From contig JBCBZT010000004.1 of assembly GCA_039815185.1 (NCBI GenBank), positions 64,001 through 128,000 of the forward strand: a stretch of 64,000 nucleotides of DNA, written 5' to 3'. The notes below the pieces were generated by a model. It ran no database searches. It worked only from the letters and a program-made list of their open reading frames with translations, and had not been told where the DNA came from. How positions within the stretch are numbered: the stretch's first letter is position 1; every line of letters begins with the position of its first letter. Shown piece by piece: positions 20,832 through 28,487 of the stretch. This stretch comes from Cyanobacteria bacterium P01_A01_bin.123. GTDB taxonomy: Bacteria; Cyanobacteriota; Cyanobacteriia; Phormidesmidales; Phormidesmidaceae. The position numbers and the translations under genes are program-made.

Positions 20832-23468
20832 ATGATAAAGCGCTTTAGATGGCGATCGCGATTAATGGCCTTAACCTTAGCAGTGGCAATCTGGCTGTGG
20901 GTCACGGTGTCAGCTCAATCAACTTACCCTGCTTATCCAGAAGGCAATGGTCTACCACAGGTAGCTTTTAGCCATGAGACCCGTCAAACTAAGCAGCAAG
21001 ACTCGGATGGCACGGTCTTACTTGAAGTCGAAGGCACCTTAGAAACGGGCGATTTAACGCTTGAGAATGGCAGTCTCTACGATATTCATCCCTTTGAAGG
21101 TGAAGCCGGGCAGGTCATCACGATTCAGATGATCAGTGATGAGTTTGACACGTTTATCGGGTTGGTAAACCCCGCGAGACAACCCATTGGTGAAAACAAC
21201 GACACAACGGCCTCAGAGACGAACTCAACCCTGACGATAACGCTGCCTGAAGCCGGAATGTATTTGATTATTGCCATTGCCTTTAATGACGCCGGGCAAG
21301 GGAACTATCGGTTAATCGTTTCAACCGCTAACCCCGCTGAAATTCAGCGATTAGAAGCTAACCATCTGCTCGATCAAGGCAATCAATACTATCGAACCAG
21401 CCAGTTTCAAGCCGCGCTGGAATCTTGGCAGCAAGCGTTAGACCGTTATCAATCGATTGGCGAAACCTATGGCACGAGCAAAGCTCTACGCACCAGCGAA
21501 GCGATCACGCTAGACCACTTGGGTCTTGCTTACTATGCTCTGGGTCAATATCAGCAGGCGATTGAGTTCCATCAGCAAGCCTTAGCAATTGTTCGCGAAA
21601 TCGAGCTTCCTCAACTGGAAGCAAACACGCTGGACAACTTGGGACGGACTTACTATGCTCTGGAACAGTATCAGCAGTCGCTTGAATCCTATCAGCAAGT
21701 GTTGGAGATTGCTCGCGAAGTCGGCGATCGTGAGGATGAGGCCGACGCTCTGAGCAACTTAGGACTCGCCTATCATGCCCTAGGCCAATATGAACGTGCT
21801 ATTGACGTTTATCAGCAATCGCTGGCAATCGCTGGCAACATCGGCGATCGCCAAGGGGAAGCGAATGCCCTCAACAATCTTGGCGGTGTTTATGATGCTT
21901 TGGGTCAATCTCAGCGCGCGATCGCGTCTTATCAGCAGTCTCTAGACATTACCCGCGACATCAGCGATCGCAGCGGTGAAGCCAAGTCTCTGAGTAACTT
22001 AGGTCTATCGTTGATCAACACCGATCAACTCGCTGAAGCTGAAAGCGTCCTCGCGCAATCCGTTGAAATCTTTGAATCCCTGCGAACTGACTTACCTGAT
22101 GCCCAACTTATTGCACTCGCAGATACCCAAGCCGCTACCTACACACTGCTAGAACAAGTGTTGATAGCTCAAGGTAAAACCGCTGAAGCCCTGGAAACCA
22201 CAGAACGTGCTCGCGCCCGCGCCTTCGTACTGCAACTTGCGAGGCGTCTCTCAAACCGGGAAGAGCCCACTACCATAGCCGAACCCGAAGCCATAGCGCT
22301 GCCCACGATTGCCGAAATTCAGCAAACTGCCCGTGACCAAAACGCCACACTGGTGACCTATTCTCTGATTTTTGATCAAGCCTTGTATATATGGGTCGTG
22401 CAACCTTCCGGAGAGATTGAGTTTCGCTCAGTTGGGTTTGACGGGTCTGGCAGTCTCTCGAACCCGATCGCCGCCATTGATGGCCCAGTCTATCGGGGCA
22501 ACTCAAACCCCTCAGAACTCAACACCCTAATCGCAAACTCACGCAGAGGCATTGGCGTTGTCGAAGGAATTTCCACTGAACAACTCAAGGCACTGCACCA
22601 AGTGCTGATTGATCCAATTGCCGATTTGTTGCCCACCGATCCAGAAACCAATGTTGTTTTCATCCCTCAAGGCAGTTTATTCCTGATTCCCTTTGCAGCA
22701 CTGCAAAATGCGGCGGGAACTTACTTGATTGAAGCGCACACGGTGTTGACTGCGCCGTCGATTCAGGTATTGGATTTAACGAGTCAGGAAGCCCAAGGGG
22801 GGAGAAGAGAAGGGTTTTTATTGCACGATAGGGCATTGGTGGTAGGAAATCCAGTGATGCCTGAGGTGTGGCTACCGAGTGAAGATGGCTTACAAGCGTT
22901 ACAGCTTGTGCCCCTTCCTGGTGCAGAAGTCGAAGCGTTGGCGGTTGGCGATTTTTTAGACGTTGCACCATTGATTGGCGATCAAGCCACCGAAGCGCAG
23001 GTCAAACAGCAGCTTGCCAATGCTTCGCTGATTCACTTCGCGACCCATGGCTTGCTGGAATATGGCGACCCTCAAGCTTCCGGAGTGCTGGATATACCAG
23101 GCGCTCTAGCCCTGACTCCCGGCAATGGCGAAGATGGCTTACTGACGGCAGCTGAGATTCTAGAGATGGACTTGCAGGCCGAGCTAGCAGTTCTCAGCGC
23201 CTGCGATACAGGACGGGGGCGGATTACGGGAGATGGTGTGGTCGGACTGTCGCGCTCCTTAATTACAGCTGGTGTGCCCAGCGTGGTCGTATCGCTATGG
23301 GCGGTTCCCGATGCACCGACAGCGGCGTTGATGACGGAATTTTATCGTCAACTCCAACAGGGGCAAACCAAGTCTCAAGCTTTACGGCAGGCCATGTTAG
23401 TGACCCTAAAGAATTCTCCAGAACCCATCAACTGGGCAGCGTTTACGCTGATTGGCGCATCAGATTAG
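20832..23468 (+). CDS. PPC-TPR-CHAT protein 4 (fewer TPRs)
   Basis: Same architecture; IHFATHG and LSACDTG present. Confidence 0.92.
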   Translation: MIKRFRWRSRLMALTLAVAIWLWVTVSAQSTYPAYPEGNGLPQVAFSHETRQTKQQDSDGTVLLEVEGTLETGDLTLENGSLYDIHPFEGEAGQVITIQMISDEFDTFIGLVNPARQPIGENNDTTASETNSTLTITLPEAGMYLIIAIAFNDAGQGNYRLIVSTANPAEIQRLEANHLLDQGNQYYRTSQFQAALESWQQALDRYQSIGETYGTSKALRTSEAITLDHLGLAYYALGQYQQAIEFHQQALAIVREIELPQLEANTLDNLGRTYYALEQYQQSLESYQQVLEIAREVGDREDEADALSNLGLAYHALGQYERAIDVYQQSLAIAGNIGDRQGEANALNNLGGVYDALGQSQRAIASYQQSLDITRDISDRSGEAKSLSNLGLSLINTDQLAEAESVLAQSVEIFESLRTDLPDAQLIALADTQAATYTLLEQVLIAQGKTAEALETTERARARAFVLQLARRLSNREEPTTIAEPEAIALPTIAEIQQTARDQNATLVTYSLIFDQALYIWVVQPSGEIEFRSVGFDGSGSLSNPIAAIDGPVYRGNSNPSELNTLIANSRRGIGVVEGISTEQLKALHQVLIDPIADLLPTDPETNVVFIPQGSLFLIPFAALQNAAGTYLIEAHTVLTAPSIQVLDLTSQEAQGGRREGFLLHDRALVVGNPVMPEVWLPSEDGLQALQLVPLPGAEVEALAVGDFLDVAPLIGDQATEAQVKQQLANASLIHFATHGLLEYGDPQASGVLDIPGALALTPGNGEDGLLTAAEILEMDLQAELAVLSACDTGRGRITGDGVVGLSRSLITAGVPSVVVSLWAVPDAPTAALMTEFYRQLQQGQTKSQALRQAMLVTLKNSPEPINWAAFTLIGASD

Positions 23469-23529
23469 TCATGATGATGAGATCTTAGTAGCGATCGGTG
23501 ACTGAAGTTGCAACATCGACCGCGATCGC

Positions 23530-23562
23530 AAGAAATGCTCCCATCTCTAAAGATGGGAGCAT
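23530..23562 (-). terminator. intrinsic terminator, probably of psbA (possibly bidirectional)
   Basis: Perfect 12-bp stem ATGCTCCCATCT-CTAA-AGATGGGAGCAT, followed by TTCTT on the minus strand. Confidence 0.75.
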
Positions 23563-23601
23563 GACAATCATCACAACTACAAAACAACAGCGCTGGGGCA
23601 A

Positions 23602-23706
23602 TATAGCAGTCGCCAGTCTGGTTAGGACACGACTGCGAGCCAGATTGCTTGTGGACTCAGCACCCCAGCGATACTCGGTGCATTAGGCAATCTGGCCAGC
23701 GCTATA
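23602..23706 (+). repeat. 105-bp dispersed structured repeat, variant full copy
   Basis: Same length, ends and 3' half as the other copies, but a different 5' hairpin. Abuts the psbA stop. Confidence 0.9.
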
Positions 23707-23707
23707 T

Positions 23708-24805
23708 TTAGCCGATAGACGGTGATCCAGGGGTTGCCACTGGCACAACATCATTAGCTGCCAAATCGAGCGGAAAGTTATGCGCATTGCGCTCGTGCAT
23801 CACTTCCATGCCTAGATTGGCTCGGTTAATCACATCTGCCCAAGTGCCAATTACACGACCCTGTGTATCCAAAATGGACTGATTGAAATTAAATCCATTC
23901 AGGTTGAATGCCATGGTGCTGATGCCCAATGCTGTAAACCAGATACCGAACACGGGCCAAGCGGCAAGGAAAAAGTGGAGTGACCGACTATTGGCCTTGA
24001 CACCCAAAACGATCTCATTGGTTCGCCCTACCAGACGACCAAAGTAGCCATGGGCCGCCATGATGTTGTAGGTTTCCTCTTCTTGACCAAACTTGTAGCC
24101 GTAGTTCTGAGACTCAGTCTCGGTGGTTTCCCGAACTAAGGTAGAGGTCACTAGGGAGCCGTGCATCGCACTAAAAAATGCACCGCCAAATACCCCCGCT
24201 ACACCCAACATGTGGAAGGGGTGCATCAAGATGTTGTGCTCAGCTTGGAACACGAACATGAAGTTGAAGGTACCCGAGATACCCAAGGGCATGCCATCAG
24301 AGAAGGAACCCTGACCCAAGGGGTAAACCAAGAACACAGCGGTAGCTGCGGAAACGGGTGCAGAGTAAGCCACACAAATCCAAGGACGCATGCCCAATCG
24401 GTAGGACAGCTCCCACTGACGACCCAGATAAGAAAAAATGCCGATGAGGAAGTGGAAGACAATGAACTGGTAAGGCCCACCGTTGTACAACCACTCATCG
24501 AGGGAAGCTGCTTCCCAGATGGGGTAGAAGTGCAGGCCAATGGCGTTGGAGGAAGGTACCACTGCACCGGAGATGATGTTGTTGCCGTACATCAAGGAAC
24601 CGGCAACGGGCTCACGGATACCGTCGATGTCAACGGGAGGAGCGGCGATGAAGGCGATGACGAAGCAGGTGGTGGCAGTCAGCAGCGTGGGGATCATCAA
24701 TACGCCAAACCAACCTACATAGAGGCGGTTTTCGGTGGAGGTGATCCAGTTACAAAACCGCTGCCACAGATTGACGCGATCGCGTCTCTGCAGAGTTGTG
24801 GTCAT
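23708..24805 (-). CDS. psbA: photosystem II D1 protein, atypical QB-loop variant (365 aa)
   Basis: Near-canonical D1 with Y161, D170, E189, H190, H198, H215, H252, H272, H332, E333, H337, D342 and A344 equivalents present, and Q130. Residues 259-266 are replaced by 13 aa. Confidence 0.97.
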   Translation of the reverse strand: MTTTLQRRDRVNLWQRFCNWITSTENRLYVGWFGVLMIPTLLTATTCFVIAFIAAPPVDIDGIREPVAGSLMYGNNIISGAVVPSSNAIGLHFYPIWEAASLDEWLYNGGPYQFIVFHFLIGIFSYLGRQWELSYRLGMRPWICVAYSAPVSAATAVFLVYPLGQGSFSDGMPLGISGTFNFMFVFQAEHNILMHPFHMLGVAGVFGGAFFSAMHGSLVTSTLVRETTETESQNYGYKFGQEEETYNIMAAHGYFGRLVGRTNEIVLGVKANSRSLHFFLAAWPVFGIWFTALGISTMAFNLNGFNFNQSILDTQGRVIGTWADVINRANLGMEVMHERNAHNFPLDLAANDVVPVATPGSPSIG

Positions 24806-24840
24806 GGTTAAGGATAAAGAAAAACGACATGATAAAGCAG

Positions 24841-24927
24841 TTAACTAACTAGATAGTTAAACTAACTTGTTAGTTAATTTAAAGTAGGAATTTAAATCTG
24901 TCAATGACTTTTTAACTAGTTAGTTAA
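24841..24927. promoter_or_regulatory. three palindromic putative TetR operators in the psbA/tetR divergent promoter
   Basis: AACTAAC-TA-GATAGTT (24843-24858), perfect AACTAAC-TT-GTTAGTT (24860-24875), and TTTTAAC-TA-GTTAGTT (24910-24925). Confidence 0.8.
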
Positions 24928-24994
24928 TTTCTTGCGAGAAGCTACCCTGGCTGAACCCAGATGGAGCATCGTATTCTAGGTATAGACACCTTGT

Positions 24995-25669
24995 ATGGAG
25001 CCCGTAGTGAAGTCATCAGCCAAAGGCAAACGATCCGCGACAACTCGAACAGTCCGCAATCCAGAATCTACCAAGGCGCAAATTCTAGATGCTGCTGAGG
25101 AAGAGTTTGCCCGCTATGGGTTGGCAGGAGCCCGAACCGAGCCAATCGCCGCCAATACAGGCGTGACTAAAGCCATGATTCACTACTACTTCGGTACTAA
25201 AGAAGAGCTGTATCAGGCTGTTTTGAAGCGCCACGCAGCGTCTTTTCTAAATGCGGTTGAGCAGCTCGATCTAAATGATTTATCACCTGAAGAAGCCCTA
25301 AAGAAGATTCTGAGGCTTGCTGTCGTGCACGAAAGTACGCAGCCCTATCAAGGTAAAGTTCTGCTCCACGAAGCGATGACCAATGAGGGTAAATATTTCA
25401 AGCTCACGGGATGGGAAGTTCCACTCGGTACATTGGCAGAAGTTTTAGCAAGAGGCGTCAAGGAGGGCTGTTTTCGCACCCTCGATCCTTGGTTAACGAT
25501 GGTTCACATTATGGGGGTGATAACCTTTTACTTCAACGCAGCCAATAACCTTAAGCAACTTGCGCCCTTGAACGACTGTCAAAGTCCAGAAGCAATTGAG
25601 CAATTTGAAGAGTCTGCGATCGCGTTTATCCTAGCAGGTATACTCAAGCAGCCTTTAGTGGACGATTAG
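24995..25669 (+). CDS. TetR/AcrR family transcriptional regulator
   Basis: ILDAAEEEFARYGLAGARTEPIAANTGVTKAMIHYYFGTKEELY helix-turn-helix, plus a TetR-type C-terminal domain (GVKEGCFR). Confidence 0.95.
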   Translation: MEPVVKSSAKGKRSATTRTVRNPESTKAQILDAAEEEFARYGLAGARTEPIAANTGVTKAMIHYYFGTKEELYQAVLKRHAASFLNAVEQLDLNDLSPEEALKKILRLAVVHESTQPYQGKVLLHEAMTNEGKYFKLTGWEVPLGTLAEVLARGVKEGCFRTLDPWLTMVHIMGVITFYFNAANNLKQLAPLNDCQSPEAIEQFEESAIAFILAGILKQPLVDD

Positions 25670-25721
25670 GCTCACAAGGGTTCATCGTGGTCTGGCTGTT
25701 CGGCATCGCCTTCAACACTAA

Positions 25722-25976
25722 CTAGTCCGCTTCTGGATCAATACCGAGTTCACGCAGTCTAGCAGCCAAGACTTCAGCTCGTTGCCGTTCCTGTGCAGCC
25801 TGCTGTTGGGCTGTGGGCTGGACGAAACCTGCGGCCTCAAGAGCATCGGTGAGCGCGGCGGCAAGGGCAGGTTGCTGGATATTTTCCACAGGGTTATCGG
25901 GTAAAACATAATCTGCGGGGAGTGCCTCCCAAGTGATGGTCGGGCTTTGTTGGGTGGGGCGGACTTGCAAAACCAT
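25722..25976 (-). pseudogene. internally deleted Uma2-family endonuclease remnant
   Basis: The typical N-terminus (ITWEALPADYVLPDNPVENIQQPALAAALTDAL) is joined directly to the typical C-tail (QERQRAEVLAARLRELGIDP). The nuclease core is missing. Confidence 0.75.
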
Positions 25977-26052
25977 GAAATGACCTCCCAGACGCAGGGC
26001 CTATCAGCACTATCCCTTTCATCATAAGTGCAATCAGAGATAGGATAAGCGT

Positions 26053-27462
26053 TCAAATTGCAGTGGATGCAGCTGCCACGGGTTGCCGTTCTAAAAGCTG
26101 AAGCATGACGCCACCCCGTGGTGCTAGGGTAACGCCGCGCCGTTGAGCCACAACCGATTGCTGTTTGGCCAATTTGAGCTGACAACGGGACAAAATGGTC
26201 GCGATCGCCAGCTTTAATTCATACTGGGCCAGGGCGGCACCGACACAGCGCCGGGTGCCATTGCCAAAGGGCATGAACTCGTAAGGTGAAAAGGTGTGAT
26301 CGATAAACCGTTCGGGTCTAAACTTTGCGGGTTCAGAATATACCGAGCTGTAACGGTGCAGCATATAAATGCAACCCATCAGCAACATCCCAGGTTCCAG
26401 CGCGTAACCCAGCAGGTTAATGGGCTGTTCGACTCGGCGGGGAAAGGTCACAAAGCCGACAGGATTGATACGTAGGGTCTCGTTACAAAAGGCGCTGAGG
26501 TAAGGCAGTTTGACGATTGCCATGGGAGTTGGGTTTGCGCCCAAAGTCGCTCGCTCATCCATCAGTTGGGTGTATACATCAGGTCGTGCATGTGCCCAAT
26601 AAAGCGCCCAGGCTAATGCCGTGGCAGTGGTTTCGTGACCTGCAAACAGCAGGGTGATCAGTTCATCGCGCAGTTCTTCGTCAGTCATCCCAACCCCAGT
26701 CTCATCTCGGGCTGAAATCAGTAAAGAGAGAATATCAGTACGGTGGCCCTTTAGTGTGGAGGACGGATCCTCGTCTGTGAGTTCTGCCCGTCGAGTGCGA
26801 ATTTCGTCATAAAGGAGTCGATCAATTTCGGCTTGCAGTGGCTTAATGTATCCCCCTGGGCTCCAAGGGCCCAAATCGGCTTGTAGCATGGGGAAAAAGA
26901 TCAGCAGTGCAGTTACGGGTGAACTCACTAGGCCCAATCGTTTTGCCATGAGTGTTTCGAGCTGCTTGTAGCGATCGCCCGCGTATAGCCCAAACACGAC
27001 CTGCAAAATCACCCGCATCGAAATCGTTTGCATGGCATCGCGGGCACAAAAAGGCTGGTTCAGCGGCCACTGGTCGATCACCTCATGGGTCAGTTGGCAA
27101 ATCAGCTCACCATAGGATTTCAGCCGCTCTCCGTGGAACGGTGGCATGACGATTTGGCGACGTTTGCGATGGCGATCGCCGTCGATCAACATCATCGAAT
27201 TACGACCCACTACGGATTCGAGCAAAGCATTCGCCTCTCCGGGCGCACTCAGTTCTCGGGTGTCGTGGGAGAGCACAAACTGTATCGCTTCTGGATGACC
27301 CACCAGATAGAGGGGTTGCTTGAGTGCCCCAGAAATGTCACCGCCAAAGAGGTCTCCATAGCGATCTCGGTTTTGGTTGAGGTAGCCAATCGGGTCAAGC
27401 GCCCATCGCAGTTTTTGGGCAATCTTGGGTGAATGAACGAGGGGTGGGGGTTGCATAGGCAT
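26053..27462 (-). CDS. cytochrome P450 (CYP110-like)
   Basis: AGHETTA I-helix, ETLR, PERF and the FGNGTRRCVG heme ligand motif. Confidence 0.95.
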   Translation of the reverse strand: MPMQPPPLVHSPKIAQKLRWALDPIGYLNQNRDRYGDLFGGDISGALKQPLYLVGHPEAIQFVLSHDTRELSAPGEANALLESVVGRNSMMLIDGDRHRKRRQIVMPPFHGERLKSYGELICQLTHEVIDQWPLNQPFCARDAMQTISMRVILQVVFGLYAGDRYKQLETLMAKRLGLVSSPVTALLIFFPMLQADLGPWSPGGYIKPLQAEIDRLLYDEIRTRRAELTDEDPSSTLKGHRTDILSLLISARDETGVGMTDEELRDELITLLFAGHETTATALAWALYWAHARPDVYTQLMDERATLGANPTPMAIVKLPYLSAFCNETLRINPVGFVTFPRRVEQPINLLGYALEPGMLLMGCIYMLHRYSSVYSEPAKFRPERFIDHTFSPYEFMPFGNGTRRCVGAALAQYELKLAIATILSRCQLKLAKQQSVVAQRRGVTLAPRGGVMLQLLERQPVAAASTAI

Positions 27463-27474
27463 ATTTCTAGAAAC

Positions 27475-28479
27475 CTATTGATTTACCAACACCTCAACGC
27501 CATCAACAACGCGCTGAACCACGCCAGTGAAAAATTCGAGGTCGAGCGTATCAAGCGTGTCCGTGGGTTGATGGTAATGGGGATTTCGAAAGTTGGCTGT
27601 ATCGGTCACCATGACAGCGCCAATGCCGTTTTGCCAAAACGGGACATGATCGCTCCGCGCCAGGTCTGGCAGCAAATCTGGACTTAGGGGCACGGGTAGG
27701 ATAACAGCTGCGGGTTCTTGGGGGCGATCAACGGATTGAAAGGCAGCCAACAGTTCGGGATGATCGGCATCGCCAATGAAGCCAATAAACGTACCGCGAT
27801 CGCTCGGTGGCGTAATCGGCAACCCTTCAGGATAGGTTTGGCAGCCCGGTTGGTTGCAGGTGTAGCCCACCATGTCTAAAATCACGGCCCCTATCAGGGA
27901 GTCGAGGTTTGCAGATTGATTAGCATGGGCGAAACTGCCCAATAGCCCTGCTTCTTCTAAATCGAAGAAAACCAGCCGCAGCGATCGCGTGGGGGGCTGT
28001 TCTGCATAAATTCTGGCAATTTCTAATAGGGTAGCGACGGCGGTGGCGTTGTCGTCAGCGCCGGGGGAATCTTTCACGGTGTCATAGTGGGCACCGACAA
28101 GCAGGGTTTCTGCGTCCTCTGGCGTATTCGGTTGCTCGGCAATCAGATTGATACCCGCCGCAAAGGGTTCCAGTCGGGTTTGCCAGCCTAAATTTTCCAA
28201 GGTATCGACCAGGTAGGTCCGAGCCCGATCGCGATCGGCGGCTTCAAATCGGGGATAGTCTAGCGCCGTGAGATCTGCCACCAAGCGATCGCGTTCCACC
28301 GTTGGCAGACTTTTGGGAAATTGCCCCGGAGAGGCGATCGCGGCAGTCCCAGTGGGGTGGAGTGCAGAGCGTACTGGTGCAGGGATATCATCGGGTTCGA
28401 GGGCCAGGGTGATTAGGATCAAGGCAGCGATCGCAGATGCTATGATCAGCCCCAATCGTTTTCTGAGTATGCGATTCAT
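27475..28479 (-). CDS. M28 family metallopeptidase
   Basis: GAHYD, PGADDNAT, FDLEEAG, LDMVG, SDHVPF and YHQPTD motifs, with an N-terminal membrane anchor. Confidence 0.9.
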   Translation of the reverse strand: MNRILRKRLGLIIASAIAALILITLALEPDDIPAPVRSALHPTGTAAIASPGQFPKSLPTVERDRLVADLTALDYPRFEAADRDRARTYLVDTLENLGWQTRLEPFAAGINLIAEQPNTPEDAETLLVGAHYDTVKDSPGADDNATAVATLLEIARIYAEQPPTRSLRLVFFDLEEAGLLGSFAHANQSANLDSLIGAVILDMVGYTCNQPGCQTYPEGLPITPPSDRGTFIGFIGDADHPELLAAFQSVDRPQEPAAVILPVPLSPDLLPDLARSDHVPFWQNGIGAVMVTDTANFRNPHYHQPTDTLDTLDLEFFTGVVQRVVDGVEVLVNQ

Positions 28480-28487
28480 AGTGCTTT

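Noticed and set aside
11940..23468. CHAT genes as Craspase or diversity-generating retroelement targets
   Set aside because: No type III-E cas genes, reverse transcriptase or adenine-specific template/variable repeat pair is visible in the window.
23498..23686. 62-aa ORF downstream of CHAT4
   Set aside because: It spans a terminator hairpin and the dispersed repeat, so it is probably spurious.
23708..24805. psbA as ChlF, rogue/sentinel D1 or a pseudogene
   Set aside because: All Mn-cluster ligands and the LDLA processing site are present, the frame is intact, and there are no far-red cluster genes nearby.
24161..24811. 216-aa ORF antisense to psbA, and similar shadow ORFs over lpxA, bamA and recN
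   Set aside because: These are antisense or alternate-frame shadows of well-supported genes with no recognisable motifs.
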